61,728 nt of DNA, filler included, from Hausera hauseri (GCA_046269625.1; 11 parts of 11 records of this genome joined end to end with filler, not necessarily neighbours in it); one strand, 5' to 3'. Shown: positions 25,781 through 38,761, counted from the first letter of the whole stretch. A program made the numbers and translations. Notes: generated from the letters alone by a model not told the origin.

Positions 25781-28700
25781 TTATATACAGTAATGTCCAT
25801 AAGCAACACTCTAATTTTTCTGAAGCCGCTTTCTCTTATCGTCTAACGGGTCCAATGCTTTCTTTTGCTGTTTATTGTTATAAACTGATGATTTTTTGTT
25901 CCGATACGCTCCTGGTCGACTGTTGTTCCATGAACGTTTTCATAGGCTTGGAGCAAGTTTTCAAACTGTAAATCTGTTTGCTCCAGACTTACGCCTTTGC
26001 ATTTCAATACGGACTTGCTTTGCGTTTTCAACGCGTAAAATTTCGGTCTTAGAAAAATTTCATCTTTGTACTCAATACTTCCTTTGCTCTCATCTTTAAA
26101 CTTACCTAAACTATGATATTAGGGTCGCTAGTATTATAATTCAACGTGTCCAACTCTTCATTAGAAATCATTGATGTCAAGAGTTGTGATCTTAAATCAA
26201 CTCCATGACACTCAAGGAAAAGCTATCCGTGTCACCAGTGATGATATTTAACTCACAATTAAACTGGTGTCTATACTTATCCAGTTCGATGAAATTAACC
26301 TCATACGTCCGTAACTTGGAAAGATCAAGTACGGCCTGACCGATGTATGAGGAACTATCTAGTGTATCTGTGTCCTTATCGAGGAGAACAGCAACCAGAT
26401 CATCAGCAATAATGATACTTTCTTTGAACTGAGCTCTTCTGGCATGTTACAGGCTTTTTTGCATTGTTACGAAGCCTCAAGTTAGACCGTTTCATCAGAT
26501 TTTCCACTGTTTTTCAATATAAACTGTTATTTTTGAGCTTAAAAGAGTCCTTTTCGAAAGCATTTTTAGCAGAAGTCCTCTTTGCTGTATTAAGGTTGAT
26601 GTAGTCCTTAAAGATAGCCTTGATCAAATTCAACTGCTTGATGTACTTTGTCAACTACAGCGCCTAACTTGATGTATAGCTGCAAAAGGCTATAGTGTAT
26701 AACGTAGTTGGACTTTCATTCATCGGGTTGCAGCAATTTCTTTACTTGTGAACCAGGAGGGCATTGGTTGATTGGAGCTAAAGGCAGTTGGTCTAACTTA
26801 TCGTATTTATCAGCCGTAATGCTCAAATCAACTTCGAAGACTAGACCACGTTTCTGTGTGACAATGTCGACAAAAGGCAATTGTGAAATCAGGCTGTTTA
26901 ATCTATCCTCATTGTAAATCCAAACCAAATTCGCAAATGGCAAAGGTTGAGATAAAGCCCAGCTGTACAAATTATTCACATCTATATGCAAGATAGTTGT
27001 GTTTTCATCAGCGGTAACCCTATGCTTATTTACAAAAGTCATGTCACGGCGAATACCAAATTGGAAAAAAACTATACATCTCAGGATCCTGTATAAGCTC
27101 AATCTTACAAGGACTCGTTTTCAATGCAGTTGCCCAAGATAAACTGGGAATAGATACGAAATTAACCGCTTCTAAGCCATCCTCAAAAATATCGCCTAAC
27201 AAGTATACATCTAGTTTCATGTATACTAACATGTAATCTAAAGCGACCTACATCTATATCTTTACCAGGAAAGTTGTGTCTCCTGATAGTCGCTGTCACT
27301 AGCACCATCCCATTTTGGTGATAATTCGGAAATTAAATGCAAGTCAGTTAACGATTTGGCTGCTGTGTATGGAAAAATGCCTTTACCTTTAATGATATCA
27401 GATGGAAAAGCTGTTTCGGTGAATGGGTAACAGTCTAAATTAAGGGTCAGGGTCTTCAGTGAAGCAGGTAAAAACTGAAGCGTGTCCAAAAGCAAATTGA
27501 AACAGACTTTTTACCTGAAAATCGTATCTTTGCCTGCATAGTCAGGAATTTTTCCGTTGTTTGCGAAATGATACTTAATTCCCAACTTCCGAATTTACTT
27601 AATGCGTGCTTTAAAATATGATGAAGATCATATCCACGCAAATTATGGAACACAACAGGTAAATTGTATCTAATCTGTCCAGCCAAGTTACATTTACTAC
27701 ATTCTGGGCCTAGGAATTTACCCGTAACATAGCAGTGATCTCGAACAAATTGAGAACCGTTTTCATGGCAGAGGTAACAGTATGTGGCGTTTATAAACTG
27801 AAACCATTCAGCTGATGTTAGTGGGTTCATTGGCTTTTTTGCATTTTCGTACCAGGGAAAAGCAAGCTTTTCACAATTTCCTCTAAACAAGTCAGAAACT
27901 CAACGATAAAATTTTCACCAACAAACTGCCTATATTTAATACACGTTAATGAATCTAACAAAAGACCGACTGCAGCAGGCAAATGAATATGCTTGACTTT
28001 ATCGTCAGGACACAGAACAGATTCAAAGTCAGAATATTTGACGAAAGGAGGACTTATAGATTTGGCCCAGTCCTTAAATTCACAAAACTTGTTTTCAGGC
28101 ATTCTGTACATAGTTGCGGATTTGGAAAAAGACATGCACATTGGTAAATGCGTAGCATAAGCAGTGTCAAGCCTAAATCCATGCAAACATTTCTCACACC
28201 AATGTTTTCGTTGAATTCTCATTCCGTTAGACCCTATTTTCAACAACCGATTAAGATTAGAAATTGCAACATAATGAAACTTGTCATCATTTTCTAAAAT
28301 TATCAAGTTCACTACAGTGCCATTCAGATTTTTGCTTCTATGCAGAATATCGACGAACGAATTTTTCAGTATATCTTCATCAAAATCCACATAATCCTCA
28401 TCGTGAAACAAGAAAACATTAATTGACAACTGTGAATTATGTCTTTCAAATTTACTTATGTTGCACATTTTCATAGGCATTTCATCCAAAGAATATCTCA
28501 ATTCACCTAAGTGTGAAACACAGTTATTTACTCTACATATATTACAGTCAATATGAGAACATTTGGTCACGGCAAGAATTGAGTACAGGAAATATAAATT
28601 GTCATTATTCTGTATATTAACAACAGCCATTGCATTTTTCAATGCGTCAGGTGTTGGTAGATAGGATTTTTCAGACAGATAGGGTAGTGGACGTGTTCTA

Positions 28701-28830
28701 ACTATATGAAAACAGTATATCAGAATTTTCACTACCTTTCAACCACTACCCATTTCGGAAAAATTCTCAACTTGCTCACGCAAAGTATCAGCTACCGACT
28801 GCGGATAAGTCTTTTCATAAGGGACAGCTC
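25781..28830 (-). pseudogene. Protein-primed DNA polymerase B of Polinton/adintovirus with zinc finger and endonuclease VII-like insert
   Basis: VVNIQNNDN; YSDFES (ExoI); CYLC..VRDHC..TGKF.G..C..CN; FHNLRGYD (ExoII); KGIFPY; DVYLL (ExoIII); DVNNLY (A); KLKNNSLY (B); GDTDS (C); many frameshifts. Confidence 0.95.
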
Positions 28831-28930
28831 NNNNNNNNNNNNNNNNNNNNNNNNNNNNNNNNNNNNNNNNNNNNTTAATTAATTAANNNNNNNNNNNNNN
28901 NNNNNNNNNNNNNNNNNNNNNNNNNNNNNN
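28831..28930. other. Artificial spacer 6
   Basis: N44-TTAATTAATTAA-N44. Confidence 0.98.
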
Positions 28931-29029
28931 TTTTTGCTGGGCACTTTTGGATCGGTAGTGCACAGTGCGCATTATCGATCGGCACAGGTGCAAAATCGAT
29001 TTATCGATTACCCCCTCCATTATTTTCAC

Positions 29030-29660
29030 ACTACTCTCCATGCAATCTGATATTTTGTTCAATAATGATTTTTCTGGTTTTGATCCTCCTTCTCCAACTA
29101 TATGGCCAAGGTAGGATACTGCATTTTGAGGCCATTTACATTTCTTCGGGTTTAATTTCAATCTTCTTCTGTTTTTGACGATACCATTACATCATCTAAA
29201 TATGCAAAGACATGGCCTTGTCCCATTAACATTTTGTTCATTATTCTTGTAAAAATAGCTGATCCGGTAGTAATACCGAAAGGCAGACGCTGAATTCATA
29301 AACGCCATTGTGTGTTTTGAATGCTGTTTTATATCGATCTTCGTCTTCAATTTCTACTTGCCAATACCCGGATAGTAAATCCAGAGTAGTGAACCATTAC
29401 GCTCCTGAGGGTCTATCTAGAGCCTCCTTTACTGATGGCAATGGGAAAGAATCTTCCATCATAAGATTATTTAATGCTCTTTAGCCAGTGCAGAATCGAT
29501 GTTTTGTAGTACCTTTTTTAACCTTGAGAATTGGTGAATACCAATATCTATAGCTGGGCCTAATAATATCGGCCTTAAGCATCCGTTCTACCCCTTTTGT
29601 TATCTTTGGTCCCAATGAATGAGGTGGAGGATACCATTTCCGCATCTTCTGATCCTCAAA
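29030..29660 (-). pseudogene. Reverse transcriptase, Ty3/Gypsy type
   Basis: FTTLDLLSGYWQV..DRYKTAF, LPFG, FAYLDD (29191-29202), LKLNPKKC..YLGHIV. Confidence 0.93.
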
Positions 29661-30129
29661 GTCTACTTCTTCATTCGAACCTGATTTTTTCTTAAGCGAA
29701 ATAATCACTTTTAATGTTTTTGCTTTACCGATATCTTTGTCGCCTTTAGCAATGATTGATTTATGGTGACACAGCTATTCATAAAATCGGTAGTAAGATT
29801 CAAGTAAACACTTAGTTTCAACATGAGGAGCATTATTTGCTATTCTGATCGGTACGCGACCGGATTGTACTCTTGTCAGTATATTACTGAGTATTATATT
29901 AGGATTTAATGCCTCCTTGGGTTCAAAATATAAAGGTTGATCGTCATTTTGTTGAATTTGCGCATAAATTATTATCGCTGTCCTCGGCAGAATATTTTCA
30001 TCTACTGGTATCCACACTTCTCCAAGTTTCCTATCCTTAGCCTTTTTTATGCCTTTATATTGTCTGATTTCTATTAATTTTCCTGCTTGCAAGTCAACTG
30101 CCATATTATGTAGTCTTTTCAGTAGATCA

Positions 30130-30410
30130 CACAATAGAACTACGTCGTCAGTTTATTGTTCCATAAATACAAATTATTGACAGAAAAGCTGTCCAACTAT
30201 TTGAATTTCTAGGTTCCATTTAAACATTGGTTTTGACATTTGGCCAAAAGATCCTGTACTTCCTGGGTCCATCGTAGATGGCGAATATAATTGTTCTCTT
30301 AGAGTTTGGGGTACTGAACCATTTTTAATGTAAGACATCTCAGAACCCGCATCGATTAATGCGTAAACTTCCCAGTCTTCAATAATGATTTTGGCGAAGG
30401 GTCTTCATAC
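30130..30410 (-). pseudogene. Aspartic protease
   Basis: RPFAKIIIEDWEVYALIDAGSEMSYI, catalytic Asp at 30351-30353. Confidence 0.85.
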
Positions 30411-30829
30411 TATTACTGTTCCAAAACAGTTCAATGCCGCTTTTGATCGTGTAGTTGCCGATATTTTATATCCATTGATTCAAATTTCCGGGGAGGATAC
30501 TATGTTTTCCGACAATTGTTTCCGTTTTCCGTTTGGATATAACTCATTGTTTCCGATGTCCAACTCTTCCGTTTCATGTGTACTAATTAATGGTTCTCGA
30601 TTGTTAGTTTGTGGTTCTATATTCCGGAAGGTTTGTAATCTTTGATTTCCCCAGACAGGCGGTCTAGCCTATATATTCCGAAGTTTTTTCGGAGACTACA
30701 ATATTCTGGGGTCATCCACGGGCTGTCAGTAACACATTTTCCGTAGGACTCCATAACGTTTTGTTCCTTCGTAAGGGTCTTCTAAACTAATTGTCATTTT
30801 ATAGATTTCTGTCTGATATGAACTCATTG

Positions 30830-31772
30830 ATCATTCGTCATCGTTTTGTGATACAATTCGGTTATTCCGACTTGCCCTTTATAACTGACGTAATCGTCTC
30901 GGTTTTTCAGGTAATCCTCAATCCGAAAATCCAGCGTTTCTAGCTTTTAAATATTCGCATTCATTTCCTTTTCGGCGACGATAAATACTTCATAATTAGT
31001 GGCGAACATCACCATTTCGCTGCGGGAGTTCATTTCTTAATAAATTTTAGTCCATACTGGTCGGCGGTCAATATAATAGGTGTATGGTGTTCTGCTATGT
31101 CCTCGCGTATCCTTGGTTAGTATCGGATTTATCTATAAATCGTTTTTCGATGGTTTCGATAAATTTCAATTCATTAATTTTGATAAAATTACAGCTTCTT
31201 CAAAAGGGAGGTTTCCATATTATTACAAAACTTCTGAAGGCACAGGTTCCATCTTGTAAATGGCATTTTTGATTCTCAATGTAATTTGGTGACACTATGG
31301 AACATTACTTTCTGTACCCGCATCTCCGATTTATAGAAACCTACGAACACTACATTCGATTCTAATCCTTTTCTGCTGTCGTATTCTGCTCAATTACAGT
31401 GTCCATTATGCATGTCTAGCCTTCCAACCACTACATTAAATGCTCTAATTATCTTTCCTGGTTGCATCTCTCATTCCATGCTATCCCATTTTACTCTTCC
31501 GGTTTCCCTGGCTTGCTTACAATGCTGGCGTTCCAAATTCACCGGGATTAAAGGCATCGTTGGCTTGATTATTGCATTAATCTACAGTGGAAAATGCTAC
31601 GGGACCGTCTCAACGTACATTCCATTCCATCCAAGGATATCAATTCTTGCTGTTTTCTTGTTTCCAGTTTGTGTGGTTTGGTGTCCTCGCATACTTTTAA
31701 ATCCATTAGAGAATATTTTGTCCTACTTATATGCTTCATTAATATCATCAAAGTGAGTAAGATAATTAACCA
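30830..31772 (-). pseudogene. env: N-terminal half of chuvirus-like glycoprotein
   Basis: Hydrophobic WLIILLTLMILMKHI, then SLMDLKVC..MECTLRRSRSIFHC..GQVGITELY; collinear with 55334-56352. Confidence 0.75.
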
Positions 31773-34700
31773 ATTAGATTCGCTTTTCCGGTTACTATTA
31801 TCCGTCGTTGTCAAATTGCGTAGCATATCTTCGAATCTATTTCTATTTCTAGAACGTTTGTCTTTTTCCTTATGGAATAGTCTCGACCAATTTACTTCGC
31901 AGAGTGGCTTTCTTGCAGCTCTTTGTGCTAAGATGGTAGCTATATTAATTTTATGCTCTCGACGGGGGTTTATTTTGAAATCTAAGTACAATAATACTTT
32001 TCTTAATTCTTCAGTGGTGTGTTCTACCGTGATCTTTTCGATCACCGATTCATAGGTTAACTTACTTTTTGATAGTTTAAAATGTGAACTTCTGATCATC
32101 TTAGCGGCACTGAATATCGCTCTATTTTTATTGTCTAATGGGTCGCCTCGAAGGCTTGAATAATTTACAATTCGTATTAAATTCTTCATTAATTCACTCA
32201 ATTCGTCATTGTCCGTGCCGAAGGTAGAAATCGACATCTGTCTTAATTCTCTAATCAACGCACCATTATAATCGGCTTCTTCTCTTGTTTTCTTAGGTCT
32301 ACCGACTGGGTGTTTCTGTCTTTGACATTGGTTATCGTTTCACTCAGGGGTACTAATTTCTTGTCGTATTGATTCTTGTCTTTATCCGTTTAAATATTCA
32401 AAACACATTGCAGCATCCCGGACTCCCATGATGTATCCTACACATTGTTCTGTCTTGGCCTTACGGGTGGCTTCTTCTTTAGTCTGTTCATTGGCTACTA
32501 TTACCACGATAGGATTTGATGCGTCGAGTATGATCTGAACGTCTATTGACTGTTCTAGATCGTCCAGTATTCTACCTCAAAAGTAGAATCTATAGTTTAG
32601 TTTATTCGTTCCACCATTGCTTATCAACCATTCTCTTACATCTCTCATGTAGGACTACGTAATTAATTCACATTCCTTTTCATCCATCCACTCGCATGAT
32701 ATTTTTACTTTCATCGTTACCTCGGGTATAGCCTTCACGATCTTAGCGTATTTCCATATTAAAAGTTTCGGCACCGCGCTAGAAATTGTGTTTTCACTAG
32801 ATAATTTAGTCAAAGTCGGAATGAGTTGTCTTAATTTGCTTTCGACAATGCTTACATTAATTAGTTCAATTAAATCCCTTTCAGTTAGCGCTGAATCCAG
32901 GAGCATCTCCACATTGAATCTTCTGTTATGTGGACACGTTTCTAATTCGTTTAGCTGTACCGGAGTCACAGAATTCTCGGCCGTTATTGCATCTAAATAC
33001 GCGTCCCATTCCGGTAAATTTCCAACGTCTGGAAGCCCATAGTCCGTCAACGTTGTGTTGAATCTGCACACATTTTCTCGGATTTCTTTCAATTTTTGCT
33101 GTATTTCTTTTATCTGCATAGTTAGGAAACCTATTCCGTTTCCACAGGCATAATGAATCATTTTCAGTAGTTTGGCTAGTTCTTTAGAATGGATGAGTCC
33201 CTTCTGGTGATAATGAGTTAGTTCCATGATTACATCTCTGCCATCTTGGCACCAATTCACGCTTATTTTTAATTTTGGACTCGGTAGAAGCATACTTTTT
33301 CCTATAAGTTTTAAGCTTTTTGGTTAATTCGTCTAACATTGTCGCTCTTTGTTTGGTTTTAATGCACGTTTCTTGGGCCTGTCGTATTTGAGGCATCCAT
33401 TGTCTCATCTTTTCATCAGTAATTTCTGTTATGTCTACTAAAAGAAAAGCTAGCTCATACATTTCATTAACGATTTTTGAGTCGGGATCTATCGCATCGA
33501 GCAATTTCTTTACGAACTTAGCTTCTGCAAAACTAAGATGAGGGTAGTTTCTTATTTTTTTCAACTTGGTATGACAGTTCTGATCTGTTCCAACCATACA
33601 TTCTTGTGGTTTATGTATGAATCTCATGGCTTCTTCCATAACCGTTTTATGTTCTGGACAGATATCTAAAGTTTCAATATCCTGGACAAAAATTTCGTCG
33701 GTAGACTTAGCTTTTAAATGTTGGATTCCTTCTAAACGGACATTCCTTATTCTTGGATAAAAATTGCAAGTCATATTCTGCTTTTTTGTGAAGTTTGTTT
33801 CTTCGATCATTTTATATATCTCTTCCAATATCGATACTTCTTGTTTCTTCTTCATAAAATTTAATCATCGTAATGCTTTGAATTGAGTCCGAATATCTAT
33901 TTCCGCTTGGATTGAATCTAAGTTACTGCACTTTCTTCTAATTGTTTCTTTACAGAAGGCTCCCTTTCTAGAAAATCTTACTAATTTACTTAGTCTCGCT
34001 GCTAATTTGGACTATTTATGCAGTTGATTCGCCATCACAGGTTTTACCAATATCGCCTTGTCTAGCAATTTATAAGCATCCTTTAATTCATCATCTGCAC
34101 ATTTTATGAAATTCATAATCCGGCTGACATAATCGAACTCATCCTTATATTCGTCAAATTCTATGATACAAGCCTTTATTACATACTTGGTTTCCGCGTT
34201 ATTCATAAACATAATTCGATTCCTCAAGCTACCAATTTATGTTCTCTTTTCATTCTCTATTTTAACACTATCCTCTAAATTCGCGCATTGCCTAGGCACA
34301 GCGAAGGAAATTTTTATCATTTCCATTAAAGGAGGAATGTCTACCGATTCTATAGCCAATATTTCTAAATCAATATCACTGCGATCGCAAACCGGTTTTA
34401 CTCTAAGTCGATTAATCATTGTACATCGAATTTCATCCATCAAGTGTTCTAAATTACGAACTACTCTCTATTTTTAGATTAGCTTCTAGTGTAGATAATA
34501 ACGTTTGAGCCTTGGCTACTTTCACATCAACACTATCTTTTCTTTTACTCCATCCTTCCGAGAATTTGACTCCACTTTTAATCCATCATTCTAATTCACG
34601 TTTCCATTTTATTAACGGTTGGTACCTCTTCAGGTTGTCCTAAATCGATTGCTTCATCGAGCTTTCCTTCACTGCATAATTTTAAACTTTTATGTAACCT

Positions 34701-35530
34701 CTCCGCAAATTGTTGCTCTTTTCCGCATATATCTACTTGTTTGTTAATCTGTTTAAGTCTTTCTAATTTTCATTTTCTTTAATACTTTGGCGTTTTTCCA
34801 CAAACGTCGAATTTTTTATTTTTTGGATCGAAATCATCAATATTTCGCGTTTCTTCCTCACTAGTGGGAAGTGGGCAAATCTCGTTAATATCGTTAACCG
34901 ACTCTACATATTCTTTTACTTCGATAGGTGTAAATTGACCAATTTGTGACGCATTTAAGGTAGGCTCTACGACACTCCCTACAGCGATGTTCGTATCTAT
35001 CGTTTCTTCTATCTGCTCTTTAGTTATTTGCGAACGTGAACGACTTCTACGTTTCGTTTTTAATAAAGGGCTGCGGCTTCTATTTTTCGTAATTTTAAGT
35101 ATTAATGGCTCCATAAATTCTTTTTCTTCTACCTCATCTTCGGTAACCTTGTCTACTTTTCCAACCTTGAACTCGGGCTCTGCATTTAAGTCGACTTCTG
35201 TCGAAGTTCCTGGTTTATCTGCTGTTCTATTACTTGTTAGCACACTCTTTTTCCGTGTCATATCAATTCGCTTTGGTGCTATCGCATATTCACATTCACT
35301 TTTTGTTTCTGCTAAACCATGATACACTTCTAATAGCCTTAATTTAACTGCGTATGTTTTAGCCATCAAAATTTGTGGGTTAATAGTCTCAGGCTGAGTA
35401 TCTAGAAAGTTTTGCAAATTTTGTATGTCGATAATAGTGCTCGTGTCTCCACGATCACCATACTTTACTTCCAAGTTTTTCTTCACTTTAAGCATACTAA
35501 TCTTATTAGGCTCAGTAAATGAAACGCTAC
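31773..35530 (-). pseudogene. Large unknown helical region X between gag and glycoprotein
   Basis: Chain of same-strand ORFs 34779..35675, 34237..34443, 34012..34227, 33184..33855, 32655..33293, 31569..32258 separated by stops and frameshifts. Confidence 0.65.
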
Positions 35531-36566
35531 GTGGATTGGGGTATGACCGTGCAATGCGTCCTTCTCCACCGCAGGTAAAATAAACTAAATTTCCATTTCT
35601 GCCGACTCTCTTCCGGCAGCCTCCATTCACAGGTGACTTGGACCTATTTGTGCTCCTATTGTCCTGGTTTGACAACCCTTGCGTAATATTACATTTCGCA
35701 GATTACTATTATTTTGACTATCCTCGTAACGATTTCGATAGTTAAAACCTTTATCCGTATTTGGATTCGACTTATTTGTATTTCGATTGTTAGCGTAATT
35801 ATTATTTCGGCTATTCCTGTAGTCGTTATTATTCCTATTTTCACAATTTCTACTTCCATTAAATCGCCTATCATCTCTTCCGCGATTATCGTTCAATTCT
35901 CATCGCCATGATCGTTCCGATTATTATTTCTATCATTTCTATCATTGTGTATGGTATACCTATCGAGTGTCATTTCTAAGTCTTGGACCAATTGCAGAGT
36001 TTTCTCGAAATTCTCAGGTCTGGCCAAAATCAACTTTTTAACTAAATCTCGGGACCAAATACCATTAATTAATTGAGTTGTCATTATGACGTCTAAATCT
36101 GGCGGAGTTGCCTTTTCCGAAGCATCGCGTTCTGCGTCAGTTTTAGCTTTTGCTACATTAGCTATCCTCAAGGTACTTACATAACTATTATCGAGTTTTT
36201 TAATGCAAATGCAAACTGGGTTACCTATTCACCCTTCTGTTGCACTCTACTTTGAAATGCCATAAGCTTCTGTTATGGAGTTACTGTCGGCAATAATTTA
36301 CGGTATAATGTTCCTACCAAGGAGGACCAAGATTTTTTTTCATCGTTGGTGAGTTCACTGTAAGCATCGGCGGCTAGATTCTTTAAATGTAATGATAAGC
36401 GTTTTATTGTTACTTCAGGAGTAAGACTAGCACCTTCTGCGTGCAATTTATAAGTTTTCAAGAATTCGTTAAGCCCGTCCGGGTCTCCGTCAGATGCCTG
36501 CAGGTTTAGAGAATCGAACGTGAAAATGTCCAACTTCTGCGCTACTGGTGGGTTATTTGCTGCCAT
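35530..36566 (-). pseudogene. gag: Gag: capsid, N/R-rich linker, degenerate CCHC knuckle
   Basis: LSLHLKNLAADAYSEL..SWSSLVGTL; RVQQKGE; QLINGI; knuckle YFTCGGEGRIARSYP at ~35540-35585. Confidence 0.85.
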
Positions 36567-36948
36567 ATTATTTACGTTATTTAGCTCTAAATTTGCTTTA
36601 TTTACTTTAGTTTACTCGAGTGGAATTTTAAACTGTTTATTTTGCGCGACAACGTCTAGTTTAATTCTATTCTCGGAATTTGAACGTTTATCTACCTTTT
36701 GTGTTTCTCTATATATATTTCGACGTGTCTCACGTATAGGTGAATTGTCTTTTAATATATGATTTATTTCTGACCTATCAATGTTTGTTCTCTCTTAAGT
36801 TCTGCTTACTTATCCCCGTAAAAATAGCCTATATACCCACATTTTAAATTCCGATTCTGAATAAATCAAGTTACTCGATGTGATGGCGCTGTTCGCAGGT
36901 ATGTAATTATTTAACTTTGATAAGTAAAGTCTAGCAAGGTACAGACTG

Positions 36949-36965
36949 TCCTGCTAGGGTCGTCA
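36949..36965 (-). promoter_or_regulatory. Primer-binding site, tRNA-Arg-like, degenerate
   Basis: TGACGACCCTAGCAGGA 2 nt inside the LTR end, resembling the complement of an invertebrate tRNA-Arg 3' end. Confidence 0.6.
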
Positions 36966-36967
36966 AA

Positions 36968-37728
36968 TGTTATATATTGGGGTAGCCCTACCCGTCTTCC
37001 ACTATATAACAGTAAGTTTCACTTAAAGTTAAGATTTTCTGTGCAGGTCGGTCTACCGTACTTGAATAGACAGACTGTACTCTAACGATTTAAAGATTAC
37101 TATTCTGGTATATGCGTGCGATCCTGTGCCAATAATTTTGAATAATTCTCACTCTTAACTATGTGATTTTACACTCTGATTTTAATCTTAATGTTGTCAA
37201 ATCACCCTTAAGGGGCGAAGGAAAACTATGGGTAATTTAGAAACAAGATAAACTTTACCGAATACTATAATTTCTGAAACGATAACACGAACTATAGAAT
37301 CACCAATTTGATAATAGTCAATAACTGAATTCTCGAACAAATGTTTCTCCAATAGTCAATAAATTTCAACTCACACGATCAATTAGACTCCAAAAATTTC
37401 TGATTCTGCCATGATTTTACAAGCCTTATATAGTTCTATCAGCTCGGGTAATTTCTTTTCGCCCACGTTTTCTGTTAATTTCTCAATAATTTGATTTATT
37501 TCAATGCCGATAATTCGCCAGAGCAATAACTAGTTTTCGATAATTTGACGTTTATAATTCATCAACGATAATTAAACTAACTAATATTTCTTTCTAATAA
37601 TATCTAATTTCTGTTCTTACTACAATTTTCTGTTTAATCAATCCGCTAATTCGCTATGTACAAATCTGCCATTTCGACTATTTACAATTTTGCCATTTCA
37701 CTATTGCATGATACCAGTTATTACAACA
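36968..37728 (-). repeat. 5' LTR of copy A (761 bp, TGTT...AACA)
   Basis: Shares start TGTTGT, internal CCCTTAAGG..GATTTGAC and end AGGGC.ACCCCAAT.TATAACA with the other LTRs. Confidence 0.88.
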
Positions 37729-37825
37729 TACCCACAAAATCAGTAAAATAAATTATGAAAGTGGTACTAAATCTTCTAGAGAAATAAATTGTGCAGAGGA
37801 TCAACATAAAAATTCGGCCGTCGAA

Positions 37826-38761
37826 GTGTCGATGACCAAATCGGAAGTCATCGACACTCAGGTGACCCATTTAATTGGGTTACCGCGTGGTTTATCTTTA
37901 TATTTTTATGTAAAAAATTCGTCAGCAGAGGAACGAGCCGTTGTTTTTTATAATCACCTCGAGCGTCACCTTTATAATAAGACCGCGAGGCTTTTCTTAC
38001 CCAATGCAGCATCCATTCCAAATAATCTTAAGGGATACAAAGTTCAACAAAGAACGTTCACGATCCTAAAAATGGAAGACCTTTGTTGCGTTCCCTAGAA
38101 ACCTTATTAGAATATACCTCAAAACTCGAGGGTATCACCATATCCGTTGTACGAGGAAATATCCAATTAGTAGTTAAGGATGAACAAAAAAGAGAAATCA
38201 CAAAACTATATCTATAGAGCCTAAAAATACCTTTCACCTTTACCAAATTCTAAGATATAAACGAAAACTGTTAATTCGATTAGAAACTGAACGAGTCCTA
38301 TTAGGCATAGAAGCCACCCAACAAGAAAATATATATACCAACTAACACCCCTAAACCAAGGTTTGAATTAATGATAGCAATCCCAAATATAAGAACGGGA
38401 ATTTCTTTTAGACGGAATTCAATAGTTGCAGAAAAAGGCCAATTAATAATAGCAACACTATTAGCCTTGCAATCCCAAAAGATAGCATCTTCCATAGAAA
38501 TTGCCATAATTGACCTACAAGGAGTAACAATCAAGAACCAGCTAATAACCCCGCGCGAGAAGATTGAAAATTATGATTCTCATATAACAGGCCTCCAAGA
38601 AACAGACGTTAGAGGTAAAACGGACTATTATGAAGCCCGTAAAATTATACTGAGCCTGATAAAAGGAAAAATACTCGTGGGATGCCAATTGGCCTATGTT
38701 ATAGAGCACCTGTTCCAAATAGATCTCCTATTTGTCCAGGGACTAAGAGACCTAATGTATT
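37826..38761 (+). pseudogene. Divergent paralogue of the accessory pseudo-exonuclease gene, outside the LTR on the opposite strand
   Basis: LFLPNAASI..ILKMED matches VFIPKSKSI..ILKVNE; IAIIDLQG..ITP..IENYDSHITGL..LIKGKILVG..LRD is REX4-like without D-x-E. Confidence 0.7.

Larger units (their letters stand above)
29030..37728 (-). mobile_element. Giant Ty3/Gypsy-type retrovirus-like element, copy A (5' half: LTR-PBS-gag-X-glycoprotein-PR-RT)
   Basis: All parts on minus strand in this order; LTR homologous to 41371..42171 and 60793..61728; 30830-32440 homologous to 54696-56352. Confidence 0.88.

Noticed and set aside
20452-35911. Plus-strand ORFs 20452..20982, 31594..32055, 34987..35322, 35714..35911
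   Set aside because: Shadow ORFs antisense to real coding regions.
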